Origin: Paludibacteraceae bacterium
Lineage (GTDB): Bacteria > Bacteroidota > Bacteroidia > Bacteroidales > Paludibacteraceae
NCBI GenBank assembly: GCA_045577965.1
Contig: JAZNJI010000002.1
Location: forward strand, 4,323 to 68,322
Direction of reading: 5' to 3'
DNA length: 64,000 nt
Made by a program: the position numbers and the translations under genes. The notes under the pieces are model-generated. The model saw only the letters and a list, made by a program, of their open reading frames with translations. It was not told where the DNA came from and searched no databases. Below, one piece after another: positions 9,298 to 19,613 of this stretch. The stretch's first letter is position 1. The number at the start of each line of letters is the position of its first letter.

Positions 9298-10233
9298 ATG
9301 GATATAAATAAAGAGATACTTAATCTGGATTGGAAGCGTGAGCCATATGGCTTGTACGAACCTATCGAATATACCTTGGCGGCAGGCGGCAAGCGCGTGC
9401 GCCCACAGTTGGCGATGATTGCTAGTCAGATGTTTGGAGGCAAAGATGAAGAAGTGCTGCCTGCGGCATTGGCCTTGGAGGTATTCCATAACTTCACTCT
9501 CCTGCACGACGATGTGATGGACAAAGCGGATGTGCGTCGTAGTCGTCCAACCGTACATGTCAAGTGGAACGAGAACACCGCCATCCTGTCGGGTGATCAA
9601 ATGGTGATTGAAGCATACAAGTTGCTATCGGGTGTTCCCACCGACAAACTGCCAAAAGTATTGCAACTCTTCAACAAAATGGCGACAGAGATATGCGAGG
9701 GGCAGCAATACGATGTGGATTTTGAGAGTCAGGAGCACGTAACCATAGAAGAGTATCTCAAAATGATTCGTCTGAAAACCTCCGTACTACTAGCCAATGC
9801 ACTGCAAACAGGAGCATATATTGCTGGTGCAGATGATCAAGCACAAGAAACTCTGTATCAATTTGGTATCAACATCGGACTAGCCTTTCAAATACAAGAT
9901 GATATCCTAGATGTATGGGGCGACCCTAAAACATTCGGAAAAGCCGTTGGAGGTGATATCAGTTGCAATAAGAAGACGTTTGTATATCTAGAGGCGAAAA
10001 GGCGAGGAGGCGAGAGGCTAGAAGAATGGTACAGTCAAGTGCTAGAAGACAATACGGAGAAGATTGCAGCTGTAAAAGAGATATTTGAGCAACTAGAAGT
10101 GCGTGCGGTGTGCGAAAAGGTGGTTGAAGATTATACTCAAAAAGCACTTGCATTACTGGACCAACTACCTCAAAACGAAGCTACTGAGCAATTGCGTCAG
10201 CTTGCCAATAAACTCACCACCCGAAAGGATTAA
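9298..10233 (+). CDS. polyprenyl diphosphate synthase (short/medium chain, FPP/GGPP-type)
   Basis: First Asp-rich motif LLHDDVMDKADVRR and second motif QIQDDILDV are present. Confidence 0.85.
   Translation: MDINKEILNLDWKREPYGLYEPIEYTLAAGGKRVRPQLAMIASQMFGGKDEEVLPAALALEVFHNFTLLHDDVMDKADVRRSRPTVHVKWNENTAILSGDQMVIEAYKLLSGVPTDKLPKVLQLFNKMATEICEGQQYDVDFESQEHVTIEEYLKMIRLKTSVLLANALQTGAYIAGADDQAQETLYQFGINIGLAFQIQDDILDVWGDPKTFGKAVGGDISCNKKTFVYLEAKRRGGERLEEWYSQVLEDNTEKIAAVKEIFEQLEVRAVCEKVVEDYTQKALALLDQLPQNEATEQLRQLANKLTTRKD
9989..10021 (+). repeat. array-like segment inside the polyprenyl synthase gene
   Basis: tagaggcgaaaaggcgaggaggcgagaggctag resembles the aggcgaaaggcga words at 9280-9296 and 33904-33939. 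It is unclear whether this is an insertion or a replacement. Confidence 0.4.
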
Positions 10234-10273
10234 CATAATTTAAACACTTGAAACATTTTTAACCCCAAAACAT

Positions 10274-11029
10274 ATGCCTTACCGTCGATTACCCAAAACC
10301 GATCAAGCACGTTTGCATGCGCTGCAGAGAGCAGTACAACAAGCAGCTAATGCGCCTTACAACGAACAAGCCATCAATTATCGTACCTTGAGCGAGGCAC
10401 AGCGATTCTTGATGCAATTTGAAAATCAAGTTGCGCAATATCATGCGAATTTTGATAGCAAAGTGTCAGCCAACAGACAGTACCGACACCGTGTTCGCAA
10501 TGCCCGCATGTATATATCACACTTTATTCAAGTGCTCAACTTGGCTGTGGTTCGGGGTGAGATCAAACGCAACCAAAAAGAGTTGTACAAGCTCAACCCA
10601 AAGAGCAATGCACTACCCGACTTAACAACGGAAGAAGGTTTGTTGGAATGGGGACAGAATATTATTGATGGTGAAAATCAACGTATTGCAGCGGGAGGAT
10701 TTGCAATTTATAATCCAACCATCAATAAGGTAAAAGTGCACTACGAGATGTTTAAAGAGGATTATACCAATCATCAGTTACACAAGAAAACACATAGTCG
10801 CGTTTTTGAAGATACAGAAACATTACGCAAGCAAGCTGACACCATCATCTTGAGCATATGGGACCAAGTGGAAGCATTCTACAAAGACGAGTTACCCTAT
10901 GCTAAACTACAGAAATGTCAAGCCTATGGTATGATCTACTACTATCGAACTGGAGAAGCGAAACTCACACCACACACTGATGAGCAAATCATTGCTCAAC
11001 GCGCACAACAAACGAAACTAGATCTTTAA
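10274..11029 (+). CDS. hypothetical protein
   Basis: 251-aa ORF with good coding appearance. It is followed by a bidirectional terminator. No family recognised. Confidence 0.55.
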   Translation: MPYRRLPKTDQARLHALQRAVQQAANAPYNEQAINYRTLSEAQRFLMQFENQVAQYHANFDSKVSANRQYRHRVRNARMYISHFIQVLNLAVVRGEIKRNQKELYKLNPKSNALPDLTTEEGLLEWGQNIIDGENQRIAAGGFAIYNPTINKVKVHYEMFKEDYTNHQLHKKTHSRVFEDTETLRKQADTIILSIWDQVEAFYKDELPYAKLQKCQAYGMIYYYRTGEAKLTPHTDEQIIAQRAQQTKLDL

Positions 11030-11040
11030 GATGGGTACAT

Positions 11041-11072
11041 AAAAAGGGATTGATCGTGGTCAATCCCTTTTT
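11041..11072. terminator. bidirectional terminator between convergent genes
   Basis: aaaaagggattga-tcgtgg-tcaatcccttttt. Confidence 0.85.
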
Positions 11073-11677
11073 ATTGCAATCACCCCCGCTGTAGGAGTAA
11101 CTATATAATCCATTATTTTGTCTCTACGATTGGCTGGCACTTCTTCTATCAGCTGGAAATCATATCCAACTCCTATTAACGTTGTCTTTTTATTAACAGA
11201 TGCGATAAACTTATCGTAGTATCCTCCGCCACGGCCAAGGCGGTGCCCATCCTTGTCGAACCCAACTCCAGGTACAATAATCAAATCAATCTGACCTTTG
11301 AATGGAGCAGTAGTTGGCTCCGGTATTTTGTATCTTCCACGATGCATTTTCGCATTGCCTTCATACGGACAAGCATCCATGGAAGAGCGGTGGGTAACGG
11401 GGAAGAGAAAAGTCTTAGTCTTTTTGTATTTTTTTATCAACGACAGAACATCTACCTCGTTGTGGGTAGGATAATATATTAGAATAGTCTTAGCAGATTG
11501 GAATATAGGCATTTGCTCAAGCGTATCAACAATTAATGTGGATTGCTTCGCTATCTCTTCTTTGGTCAGCAATCTACGTTTCTGCGCCAATAGTTCTCGT
11601 ACCTGTTTCTTCTCTGCAAGCAGTTTATTACCCGGCAAAAGCCGTAAAAAATCTACAATTACTGATTCAAAAAGCAT
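11060..11677 (-). CDS. 5-formyltetrahydrofolate cyclo-ligase
   Basis: IIVPGVGFDKDGHRLGRGGGYYDKF is the characteristic MTHFS C-terminal block. Confidence 0.8.
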   Translation of the reverse strand: MLFESVIVDFLRLLPGNKLLAEKKQVRELLAQKRRLLTKEEIAKQSTLIVDTLEQMPIFQSAKTILIYYPTHNEVDVLSLIKKYKKTKTFLFPVTHRSSMDACPYEGNAKMHRGRYKIPEPTTAPFKGQIDLIIVPGVGFDKDGHRLGRGGGYYDKFIASVNKKTTLIGVGYDFQLIEEVPANRRDKIMDYIVTPTAGVIAIKRD

Positions 11678-11697
11678 AATTATTCAAAAAAACTATG

Positions 11698-11705
11698 CAA
11701 AATTA
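11698..11705 (-). promoter_or_regulatory. -7 box TAATTTTG for the 5-FCL gene
   Basis: 21 nt before the ATG. Confidence 0.6.
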
Positions 11706-11737
11706 CAACTTTATTTGCAGATTTGCAAATAAAGCAG

Positions 11738-11745
11738 TAACTTTG
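11738..11745 (+). promoter_or_regulatory. -7 box TAACTTTG for the lipoprotein / polyprenyl synthase unit
   Basis: 18 nt before ATG 11763. Confidence 0.65.
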
Positions 11746-11762
11746 TGCAAAATTTTGAAATT

Positions 11763-13127
11763 ATGCGTTATATTTTACCTATATTATTATCATTTTTGTG
11801 TTTGATTGGATGTGCATCCAAGAATAGCGAGACAATGGTGTCGTCCGAAGCAAGAGTATCTACCTTTACATTTCAATCAGACACAGCCAACCCTGGCCTG
11901 ACCGCTGCAATGTATACCATAGAGCATCGTGAAGATACAGGACTTATATATAGTAAGGATTCGCTGCGTTTTGGTACACAGTTGGATTCCGTAGTACCAT
12001 TGGTAACCTATAAGGCGACACCTGGTATAGTTCGATTCATATTACCTGATACCACAATCATTAGTACAGGTGCGGATACAATCAATTTCAACCAAAAGCC
12101 GATTTATCTGCATATCACAGCATCTGATATGCAAACCAACAAATGGTACTTGATTGATATTGCAGCCCACCAAGCAGATCCAGATTTGTACGTATGGACC
12201 TGCATGACAGAAAACATGTTTGCCCCACAACCTGTACAAAACTGCGAAACAAAAGCATTTCGTATTCACGATAATTTGGTAGTGTATGTCAACAACGGAT
12301 TATCGACAAGCATTTACCAATCTACCAATGGTGAGATATGGGCGCAACTAGCAGACAAGATCAACGATTTGCCAGTCCCATGTCATGTGCGCGATATTGT
12401 ACAGCATAATGATACTTTGTATTATATAGACGGCACGAGCCTATACAAATCGGCAGATTTGCTTACATGGTCAAAGACTGATTATGCTGCAGCTAGTTTC
12501 ACACCTATTAATATGCTGCTTGCATATAACAATCTACCATGGTGTATTGTGCAAGATAAAGAGAGCCAGCAGCTTATGCTAGCCACTATCATCGAAGACA
12601 GCATTCAAGTGGCAACTAATATTGCAGAGCTAAAGGATGGATTTTTACCAGCAGAATTCCCTATTAGCGATTTTTCTGCACTAGCGTTTAGCGGCAGTAG
12701 CGAGCGTCCACGTGCAATGATTGTAGGAGGTAGAACCATCAATGGTGATATTGTCAACTCTCGCTGGAACCTAGAATACGCATCTCAAACTGGTTATCGA
12801 CTGAAAGATTTCTCGATCTCTCAACCATCGTTTGAGTCATTGATAGGTGTCTCTATCATCCATTATGATAATCATTTCATTATGTTTGGCGGTACAGACA
12901 ACGACCTTACCCTACGTAGCGATATTCTCTACTCGGACGACGAAGGTATGAATTGGTATGTCCCTGATACTGCTAGTAACAAATTGCCAGCTACCTATCT
13001 ATCAAGAAGCAATCAAACAGTGCTTGTAGACGATCAAGACAATATCTACATAATCGGAGGACAATCTAAAACGCGAGCTTTTAGTGATGTATATCGCGGC
13101 TTCCGCAACGCAACAAAATGGGAATAA
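11763..13127 (+). CDS. lipoprotein, possible beta-propeller; function unknown
   Basis: Lipobox in MRYILPILLSFLCLIGCASK. Repeated W/Y-rich strands are present. The start was chosen 18 nt after a TAACTTTG box. Confidence 0.6.
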   Translation: MRYILPILLSFLCLIGCASKNSETMVSSEARVSTFTFQSDTANPGLTAAMYTIEHREDTGLIYSKDSLRFGTQLDSVVPLVTYKATPGIVRFILPDTTIISTGADTINFNQKPIYLHITASDMQTNKWYLIDIAAHQADPDLYVWTCMTENMFAPQPVQNCETKAFRIHDNLVVYVNNGLSTSIYQSTNGEIWAQLADKINDLPVPCHVRDIVQHNDTLYYIDGTSLYKSADLLTWSKTDYAAASFTPINMLLAYNNLPWCIVQDKESQQLMLATIIEDSIQVATNIAELKDGFLPAEFPISDFSALAFSGSSERPRAMIVGGRTINGDIVNSRWNLEYASQTGYRLKDFSISQPSFESLIGVSIIHYDNHFIMFGGTDNDLTLRSDILYSDDEGMNWYVPDTASNKLPATYLSRSNQTVLVDDQDNIYIIGGQSKTRAFSDVYRGFRNATKWE

Positions 13128-14110
13128 TGGATCGTATTCGTGCTGTCATACAAACGGAGTTTCGACAATTTGATCTAGAAATTGCGAAAGCACTCCACTC
13201 CGACAATCAACTACTCAATGACGCCTTAGATTATGTCCGCACTCAACGTGGCAAGCAACTGCGTCCTATCTTGGTGTTATTATCTGCAGGTATCTGCCGC
13301 GGTATCACCAATAAGACCATCAAGACAGCAGCATCACTGGAACTAATGCATACAGCATCACTCATTCATGATGACGTAGTGGATTGTTCTCCTATGCGCA
13401 GAGGTCAAAAGGCATTGCACGAACAGTGGAACAACAAGATTGCCGTCCTAGTAGGTGATTATATGTTGGCCAAATCAATCGAATTGCTAGCATCTACTCA
13501 TAGCAATACGATTCTGAATATTGCAGCCAATATGACAGCAGAACTAACTTCGGGCGAAATATTGCAATTGCATGCGAATCAATCCATGTGGATTAACGAG
13601 GAACAATACCTTCGCATCATTGAGAAAAAGACGGCATGTCTATTTGCTGCGTGTTGCGAATCTGGTGCTGCAAGTTCGGGAGCTACCACACGCCAACAAG
13701 CAGCGCTACAACAATTCGGTATGTACCTAGGTATGTGTTTTCAATTGAAAGATGATATTTTTGATTTCTCTGATATTGAAGATCTTGGCAAGCCAACCAT
13801 GAATGATATCCGAGACAGCAAGGCTACATTGCCAATCATCAAATCATTACAACGTGCTAGTAAAGAAGAAGTAACACATATCAAAGAGATTGCAGAGGCA
13901 TTAGCCAGCAAATCATCACATATTGATGTGTTTGAAGCGGAGCAAGAGATTCGATCATTTGTACTCCGATATGACGGCATACGTTATGCTACCCAATTGA
14001 TGGATAAATACCGCGCAAAAGCTATTGAAGCGCTTAAGATATTCCCTGAGAACGTGTACAAGAATAGCCTAATCTCCTTGCTAGATTATGCTATCAATCG
14101 CATGCATTGA
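13127..14110 (+). CDS. polyprenyl diphosphate synthase (long chain, octaprenyl-type)
   Basis: LIHDDVVDCSPMRRG and QLKDDIFDF motifs are present. TAATG start/stop overlap with the upstream gene. Confidence 0.85.
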   Translation: MDRIRAVIQTEFRQFDLEIAKALHSDNQLLNDALDYVRTQRGKQLRPILVLLSAGICRGITNKTIKTAASLELMHTASLIHDDVVDCSPMRRGQKALHEQWNNKIAVLVGDYMLAKSIELLASTHSNTILNIAANMTAELTSGEILQLHANQSMWINEEQYLRIIEKKTACLFAACCESGAASSGATTRQQAALQQFGMYLGMCFQLKDDIFDFSDIEDLGKPTMNDIRDSKATLPIIKSLQRASKEEVTHIKEIAEALASKSSHIDVFEAEQEIRSFVLRYDGIRYATQLMDKYRAKAIEALKIFPENVYKNSLISLLDYAINRMH

Positions 14111-14764
14111 TTGCTCGATCAATTGCTCCTTCTGATTTTCATCTGTGATAGTACGGAGTACATCATCAAAAAACGCACACAATAGGAGGCGATATGCTGT
14201 ATCGCGACCTATACCGCGCTGTTGCATATAGAAAATTGCAGACTCATCCAGTTGGCCCGTAGTAGCACCATGACTAGCTTTTACGTCATCTGCATAGATT
14301 TCCAATTGAGGTTCAGTAATCATCTCCGCATGACGAGAAAGTAATATATTGCGGTTAGTCTGATAAGCTTCCACATGCTGCGCATCAGGCATTATCTTCA
14401 ATTCTCCCTTGAACGATGCTTTAGAAGTACCCCCTAAGACCATTTTGATAAGTTGTGAAGAATATCCACCACCTACAGTATGCAACACCTTCGTTGTAAT
14501 ATCACAACGTTGCTCCCCGCCTAATAATCCCATTCCAAAAATCTCTGTTCGGCAGTCCTTTGCAACATGTTCTACTGTAATATTTACCACTTGTGCATTA
14601 GCAGTATCTTTCAAGTCTGGTAATGCAATTATATGCAACAACAACGATGAACCAGCTTCTTGTACGATATGCCAATCCACAGAAGGATCATTGATTAGAA
14701 TCCACTCACGTCTTTCTCCCGCAGGAATTATAATTTGCTTAGCACTGTTCATTGAGGAAAGCAT
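14081..14764 (-). CDS. sufD: Fe-S cluster assembly protein SufD (short form)
   Basis: [40 protein letters not shown] is the SufB/D C-terminal signature. At 227 aa it is shorter than the roughly 440-aa forms I remember. Confidence 0.8.
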   Translation of the reverse strand: MLSSMNSAKQIIIPAGERREWILINDPSVDWHIVQEAGSSLLLHIIALPDLKDTANAQVVNITVEHVAKDCRTEIFGMGLLGGEQRCDITTKVLHTVGGGYSSQLIKMVLGGTSKASFKGELKIMPDAQHVEAYQTNRNILLSRHAEMITEPQLEIYADDVKASHGATTGQLDESAIFYMQQRGIGRDTAYRLLLCAFFDDVLRTITDENQKEQLIEQSMHAIDSII

Positions 14765-15485
14765 AACCTTGTTCTTCTAGTTCTAGGGCAAGTTCTTTTC
14801 CAGCAGTACGCACAATCTTACCATCTGCTAGTACGTGCACAAAATCGGGTACAATATAGTCAAGCAAACGTTGATAGTGCGTAATCACAATAGAAGCTGT
14901 ATGAGGTGTCTTGAGAGCATTAACACCTTCAGCCACTACACGTAAAGCATCTATATCCAATCCAGAATCCGTCTCATCTAAGATAGAGAGGCATGGTTCG
15001 AGCATCGCCATTTGGAAAATCTCGTTACGTTTTTTCTCACCACCTGAAAATCCCTCATTCACAGAGCGTTTCGTAAGTTTATTATCCATGCCAACGAGTG
15101 CCTTTTTCTCGCGCATTAGTTTGAGAAAATCAGTAGCAGATAGCATAGGTTTGCCTTCATGTTTGCGTTTTTCGTTCACTGCGGTACGCATGAAATTTAC
15201 CATGGAAACACCAGGAATCTCCACTGGATATTGGAAGGAAAGAAACATGCCCTCGCGCGCACGTTCCTCTGGAGACATTTCTAACAGGTTCTTACCTCGA
15301 AAAATCACTTCACCAGCAGTGACTGTATAAGCGGGGTGTCCTGTCAGGACATTAGAGAGAGTAGATTTACCAGCTCCATTAGGGCCCATAATAGCATGCA
15401 CCTCGCCCTCTTTGACGGTGAGATTAAGCCCCTTGAGTATTTCTTTGCCTGCAATTGAGGCATGTAGATTCTTTATTTCGAGCAT
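14739..15485 (-). CDS. sufC: Fe-S cluster assembly ATPase SufC
   Basis: Walker [11 protein letters not shown], the ABC signature FSGGEKKR and LDETDSGLD are present. Confidence 0.92.
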   Translation of the reverse strand: MLEIKNLHASIAGKEILKGLNLTVKEGEVHAIMGPNGAGKSTLSNVLTGHPAYTVTAGEVIFRGKNLLEMSPEERAREGMFLSFQYPVEIPGVSMVNFMRTAVNEKRKHEGKPMLSATDFLKLMREKKALVGMDNKLTKRSVNEGFSGGEKKRNEIFQMAMLEPCLSILDETDSGLDIDALRVVAEGVNALKTPHTASIVITHYQRLLDYIVPDFVHVLADGKIVRTAGKELALELEEQGYAFLNEQC

Positions 15486-16462
15486 ATCGTAGTTAATACA
15501 GTCTCTCCGACTGCATGCAATGTTTGTTTGTTAATATTTCGCATATCATCTTGCTGAGTATGCCACCACTCAGCAAATCCAGTTTCAGTATTTGGTTTGT
15601 AATCTATAATATCCACACAGGGAACACCCGCTATCGTGCTCACATAGTAATGATCATCCGTAATGGGGTAGAATGTAGGAGATTGCACAAAGTAACGTCC
15701 ATATCCTAGAGTATTTGCAGTACGCCATAATTGCTCCACGTAACTGTTCGCATACTGGATAGAAAAATATTCACGTGGGAAAGTAGCAGAAGGATCACCT
15801 ACCATATCCAGCAAAATACCATATTGGAGTTTTATGAGCGACTCTTGTGCATATTGCTTAGCCCAATACTGACTACCAAGACACCATGTATGCTCACGTT
15901 GCACTCCTGTATAATGGTTGGGAGTACCCATATCTTCACAATCAAAGAAAACCACCTGTATGGAAGTAACAGGCTCTCCTTGAGCCTTTCGGATGGATAG
16001 TTGGCGAATAATCTCAAGTATTACCCCTACCCCACTCGCACCATCATTGGCACCCAACACAGGATGAAAGCGGTCGTTATAATCAACTTCCTCATCACTC
16101 CATGGACGAGAGTCCCAATGCGCACAGAGCAGAATAGCATGTGGCGTATTTCCTTCGAAGAAGGCTACAATATTACGAAGTTCTTGCTTCTTGCCCGCAT
16201 AGTTGATCATACTGCCATATTGACTCTTGACCTGTGCTCCATGACGAGCCAACTCCCTTATCAACCAATCGCCACATTGCTCATGCGCCAAACTACCTGG
16301 CACGCGTGCGCCGAAAGCCACTTGCTGTGCGATATACGCATATGCAGAGTCCGCCGAGAAAGTCGACTGTTTACGATTGGTAGTTGAAGACTGTTGCTGT
16401 TTTACGCAGGACGCGCATAACAGCAACAGCACTAGTATACTATATTGAATTATTCGGAACAC
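15473..16462 (-). CDS. M28-family zinc peptidase-like protein, probable glutaminyl-peptide cyclotransferase
   Basis: A signal peptide is present, with [11 protein letters not shown] and [14 protein letters not shown] metal-ligand blocks typical of the type II glutaminyl cyclases reported in Porphyromonas and Prevotella. Confidence 0.7.
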   Translation of the reverse strand: MFRIIQYSILVLLLLCASCVKQQQSSTTNRKQSTFSADSAYAYIAQQVAFGARVPGSLAHEQCGDWLIRELARHGAQVKSQYGSMINYAGKKQELRNIVAFFEGNTPHAILLCAHWDSRPWSDEEVDYNDRFHPVLGANDGASGVGVILEIIRQLSIRKAQGEPVTSIQVVFFDCEDMGTPNHYTGVQREHTWCLGSQYWAKQYAQESLIKLQYGILLDMVGDPSATFPREYFSIQYANSYVEQLWRTANTLGYGRYFVQSPTFYPITDDHYYVSTIAGVPCVDIIDYKPNTETGFAEWWHTQQDDMRNINKQTLHAVGETVLTTICSK

Positions 16463-16498
16463 CTACCCCCTAATCACTATACCCTGATCACTAAACCC
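16460..16498. repeat. word array (G-poor)
   Basis: cacctaccccctaatcactataccctgatcactaaaccc. Confidence 0.6.
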
Positions 16499-17461
16499 TT
16501 AGTGTATATTCAATTCGCTAACTGAACGATGATTTTGGATAGCAAGGATCGTCTCAGCAATTGGTTTAGCCATAGAAACGACACTCACCTTCGAGCAACG
16601 CTCCTTATTGAATGGAATAGAGTCTGTGTAAACTAGCTCCTCAAGGGCCGAGTTAGCAACGCGCTCACAAGCAGGACCTGACATCAAACCATGGCTTACC
16701 AGCGCACGAACAGACTTAGCACCAGCGGCCTTCATCACTTCAGCAGCTTTGCAGAGAGTACCTGCTGTATCTGCAATATCATCAATAATAACCACATTCT
16801 TATCTTTCACATCACCCAAAACGCGCATTTCGCCAATTTGGTTCGCATTTGGACGATGCTTGTAGCAAATCACCATTGGTACATCCTGCTTTGTAAGCGC
16901 AGTAAGCTTCTTTGCAAAAACAGAAGCACGCTTGGTGCCACCTACATCGGGAGATGCCACAATCAAGTTGTCAAGTTTAAGGCTTTGCACATAATCAGCC
17001 AATACGTTAGCACCGTAGAGGTGATCAACAGGGACATCAAAGAATCCCTGAATCTGGTCTGCGTGAAGATCCACTGTGATAACACGATCAACGCCAACGC
17101 CTTGTAACAAATTCGCACACACCTTAGCACCGATTGATACACGTGGTTTGTCCTTGCGGTCTTGACGTGCCCAACCAAAATATGGAATTACAGCAATCAC
17201 CTTGTATGCACTTGCACGCTTAGCAGCATCGATAGCCAGCAAGAGCTCCATAATATTGTCGCTATTAGGACATGTAGATTGCACGATGTAAACAGACTGA
17301 CCACGAACAGACTCTTCGAAACTTACGGCGAACTCACCGTCAGAGAAACGAGCAACTTGGATATTACCCAATGAACATCCTAAATACTCACAAATACGCT
17401 TAGCGAGCTCACCTCCTTGAGAAAGAGCAAAAACCTTGTACGGACTGGTTTCAACAATCAT
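16499..17461 (-). CDS. prs: ribose-phosphate pyrophosphokinase
   Basis: DLHADQIQGFFDVPVDHLY and the PRPP loop IIDDIADTAGT are present. Confidence 0.92.
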   Translation of the reverse strand: MIVETSPYKVFALSQGGELAKRICEYLGCSLGNIQVARFSDGEFAVSFEESVRGQSVYIVQSTCPNSDNIMELLLAIDAAKRASAYKVIAVIPYFGWARQDRKDKPRVSIGAKVCANLLQGVGVDRVITVDLHADQIQGFFDVPVDHLYGANVLADYVQSLKLDNLIVASPDVGGTKRASVFAKKLTALTKQDVPMVICYKHRPNANQIGEMRVLGDVKDKNVVIIDDIADTAGTLCKAAEVMKAAGAKSVRALVSHGLMSGPACERVANSALEELVYTDSIPFNKERCSKVSVVSMAKPIAETILAIQNHRSVSELNIH

Positions 17462-17499
17462 GACAAACAGAATTTATTGGTTATTTTTAAATTAAAGTG

Positions 17500-17507
17500 C
17501 AAAAGTA
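17500..17507 (-). promoter_or_regulatory. -7 box TACTTTTG for prs
   Basis: 39 nt before the ATG. Confidence 0.65.
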
Positions 17508-17560
17508 CTGCTTTTTTTTCAATTTTGCAAGTCTTATTTGCATATTTCAACAAAAAATCG

Positions 17561-17568
17561 TATCTTTG
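17561..17568 (+). promoter_or_regulatory. -7 box TATCTTTG for the FemAB-like / GT4 unit
   Basis: Preceded by ttgcatatttcaacaaaaaa. Confidence 0.7.
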
Positions 17569-17583
17569 CAGTCGATTTGTATA

Positions 17584-18552
17584 ATGGGAAGTATGACCAA
17601 CAAAGAAAGATATCGTGCATTTTGCCAAAATAATCCATCCCTACCTATCTTTATGATGGATTGGTGGATGGATGCCGTATGTGCAGGCAAACAATGGGAT
17701 GTATTGCTCAGTTTGGACCAAGATGGAGAAATTCAAGCCGCATTACCCTATTTGCTACGCAAGCGCGCGCGGATGAAATACATCATCATGCCTCAGCAAA
17801 CGCAAATCGGCGGTATCTGGCTGCGCGACGACATCAAGGTCAACATCGAAGGCACCAAACGTGTATGTCAAGTTTTTACACAAGAGTTGGCAGCTTTGGG
17901 AGTATGTTATTACTACCAGCATTATCCTATTAAAAGTCCGGCTGTATTTGTCATGCAGGCATTGGGATTCAAGACGACTCCACGCATCACCTATCGCATC
18001 GAAAATACAGCTGATCTAGAAAAGATTGTTCAATCATTTTCTAAAAACAAGAAACGCCAACTGCAAAAAGCAGAAAACTTGCATGTAAAACTGGATATGA
18101 ATATAGAAGATTTCTATCGTTTTCATGCATCATGCCTACAAAATCAAGGCAAAAAAATCAGCTATACCAGAGAATTTTTACTAGTTTTAGAGCGCAAGAC
18201 TCATCGCTTAGACCAATCTCAAATCCTATCGATTTGTAATGCGGATAATCAAATACTAGCCGCAGCATTTCTAGTATGGGACAAGCAGAGCATGTACTAC
18301 CTTATCCCTTGTTACGATCCCACATATAGAGCATCGGGAGCCAGCGCACGCCTCGTACTAGAATCAATCAAATTAGCACAACAGAAGGGGCTTGCCTTTG
18401 ACTTTGAAGGTAGCATGATCACAGGAGTTGCTGAGCATTACAAGCAATTTGGCAGTACTGCTACGTGCTACTACAGTGTTGAAAAGTATTACAAGTGGTA
18501 TTTTTGGTTTGCAAATGCCTACAACAAACTTAGAGAAAGGATCTTGTCATGA
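17584..18552 (+). CDS. FemAB/GNAT-like acyltransferase-fold protein (cell-envelope glycan locus)
   Basis: About 320 aa. The call rests on recall of the Acetyltransf_6/FemAB-like fold and its position upstream of a GT4 gene. The start was chosen 16 nt after a TATCTTTG box. Confidence 0.5.
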   Translation: MGSMTNKERYRAFCQNNPSLPIFMMDWWMDAVCAGKQWDVLLSLDQDGEIQAALPYLLRKRARMKYIIMPQQTQIGGIWLRDDIKVNIEGTKRVCQVFTQELAALGVCYYYQHYPIKSPAVFVMQALGFKTTPRITYRIENTADLEKIVQSFSKNKKRQLQKAENLHVKLDMNIEDFYRFHASCLQNQGKKISYTREFLLVLERKTHRLDQSQILSICNADNQILAAAFLVWDKQSMYYLIPCYDPTYRASGASARLVLESIKLAQQKGLAFDFEGSMITGVAEHYKQFGSTATCYYSVEKYYKWYFWFANAYNKLRERILS

Positions 18553-19613
18553 AAGTGCTGTTCCTAAGTGCATGGTATCCCACCGAGCGCGATGCAATGG
18601 CAGGACTATTTGTCAAGAAACACGCAGAGGCAGTCGCACAACAGGGGCATGATGTGCGTGTCTTGTTTTCCGAAAAAACGGGATTGAGTTGGGCAAGGGA
18701 TATGTATAAATCGTGGAAACGACTCAAAAAGGATTGGGGCAAGCCCGACATTGTACAAATGAATGTGCTGGACAAAAATGGCCTGATAGCACTATGGTTA
18801 AAACAACGCTACCACATTCCTTACACAATAATAGAACACTGGTCAGGATATCTACCAGCCAACTTCGCTTTTCGTGGCGGATGGCATGGATGGATTATGC
18901 GCAAGATAGCACAAGAAGCTTCATGTATTTTACCCGTCAGCCAGATGCTAGAAGATGCCATGAAAAATTGTGGCATTACCAATACGCATTGGCAACGCAT
19001 CCACAATGTGGTGGACGACTTTTTCTACCAACCGATCACCCCTATAACTATTACACCTAAGGGAAATAAGTTTCGCTTTCTACACGTAAGTTGCTTTGAT
19101 GAAAAAGCCAAAAACATACAAGGCATGCTGCGAGCAGTGCGTATAGTAGCCAAACAAAGACAAGATTTCGAGTTAATTTGCGTGGGGACAGGGATAGACT
19201 ATGCAGAAGATGTTGCATACGCTCAAACACTTGATTTTCCCAAGGGACTACTGACCTTCACGGGCGAACAGACACCTCATGAAGTGGCACAATGGATGCA
19301 GCAAAGCGATTGCTTCTTATTTTTTTCTAGATACGAAAATGCACCTGTTGTGCTCTCGGAATGCCTCGCTATTGGCTTGCCAATCATTAGTAGCAACGCA
19401 GGAGGAATACCTGAAATGATCGACCATGAATGCGGTATATTGGTACCATCAGAAGACGAAATAGCACTTGCGAATGCAATGCTAGAAATGATTGATAATC
19501 ATAGTACTTACACAGCAAACACAATCCGAAAAAGGGGCGCAAAATACACCTATCAAAACATTGGGAAGCAGTTATCCGACACGTACCAAAGATTGGTCAT
19601 ATCTGCGAACTAA
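18549..19613 (+). CDS. glycosyltransferase family 4
   Basis: C-terminal GT-B block FFSRYENAPVVLSECLAIGLPIISSNAGGIPEMI (EX7E-like). 4-nt overlap with the upstream gene. Confidence 0.75.
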   Translation: MKVLFLSAWYPTERDAMAGLFVKKHAEAVAQQGHDVRVLFSEKTGLSWARDMYKSWKRLKKDWGKPDIVQMNVLDKNGLIALWLKQRYHIPYTIIEHWSGYLPANFAFRGGWHGWIMRKIAQEASCILPVSQMLEDAMKNCGITNTHWQRIHNVVDDFFYQPITPITITPKGNKFRFLHVSCFDEKAKNIQGMLRAVRIVAKQRQDFELICVGTGIDYAEDVAYAQTLDFPKGLLTFTGEQTPHEVAQWMQQSDCFLFFSRYENAPVVLSECLAIGLPIISSNAGGIPEMIDHECGILVPSEDEIALANAMLEMIDNHSTYTANTIRKRGAKYTYQNIGKQLSDTYQRLVISAN

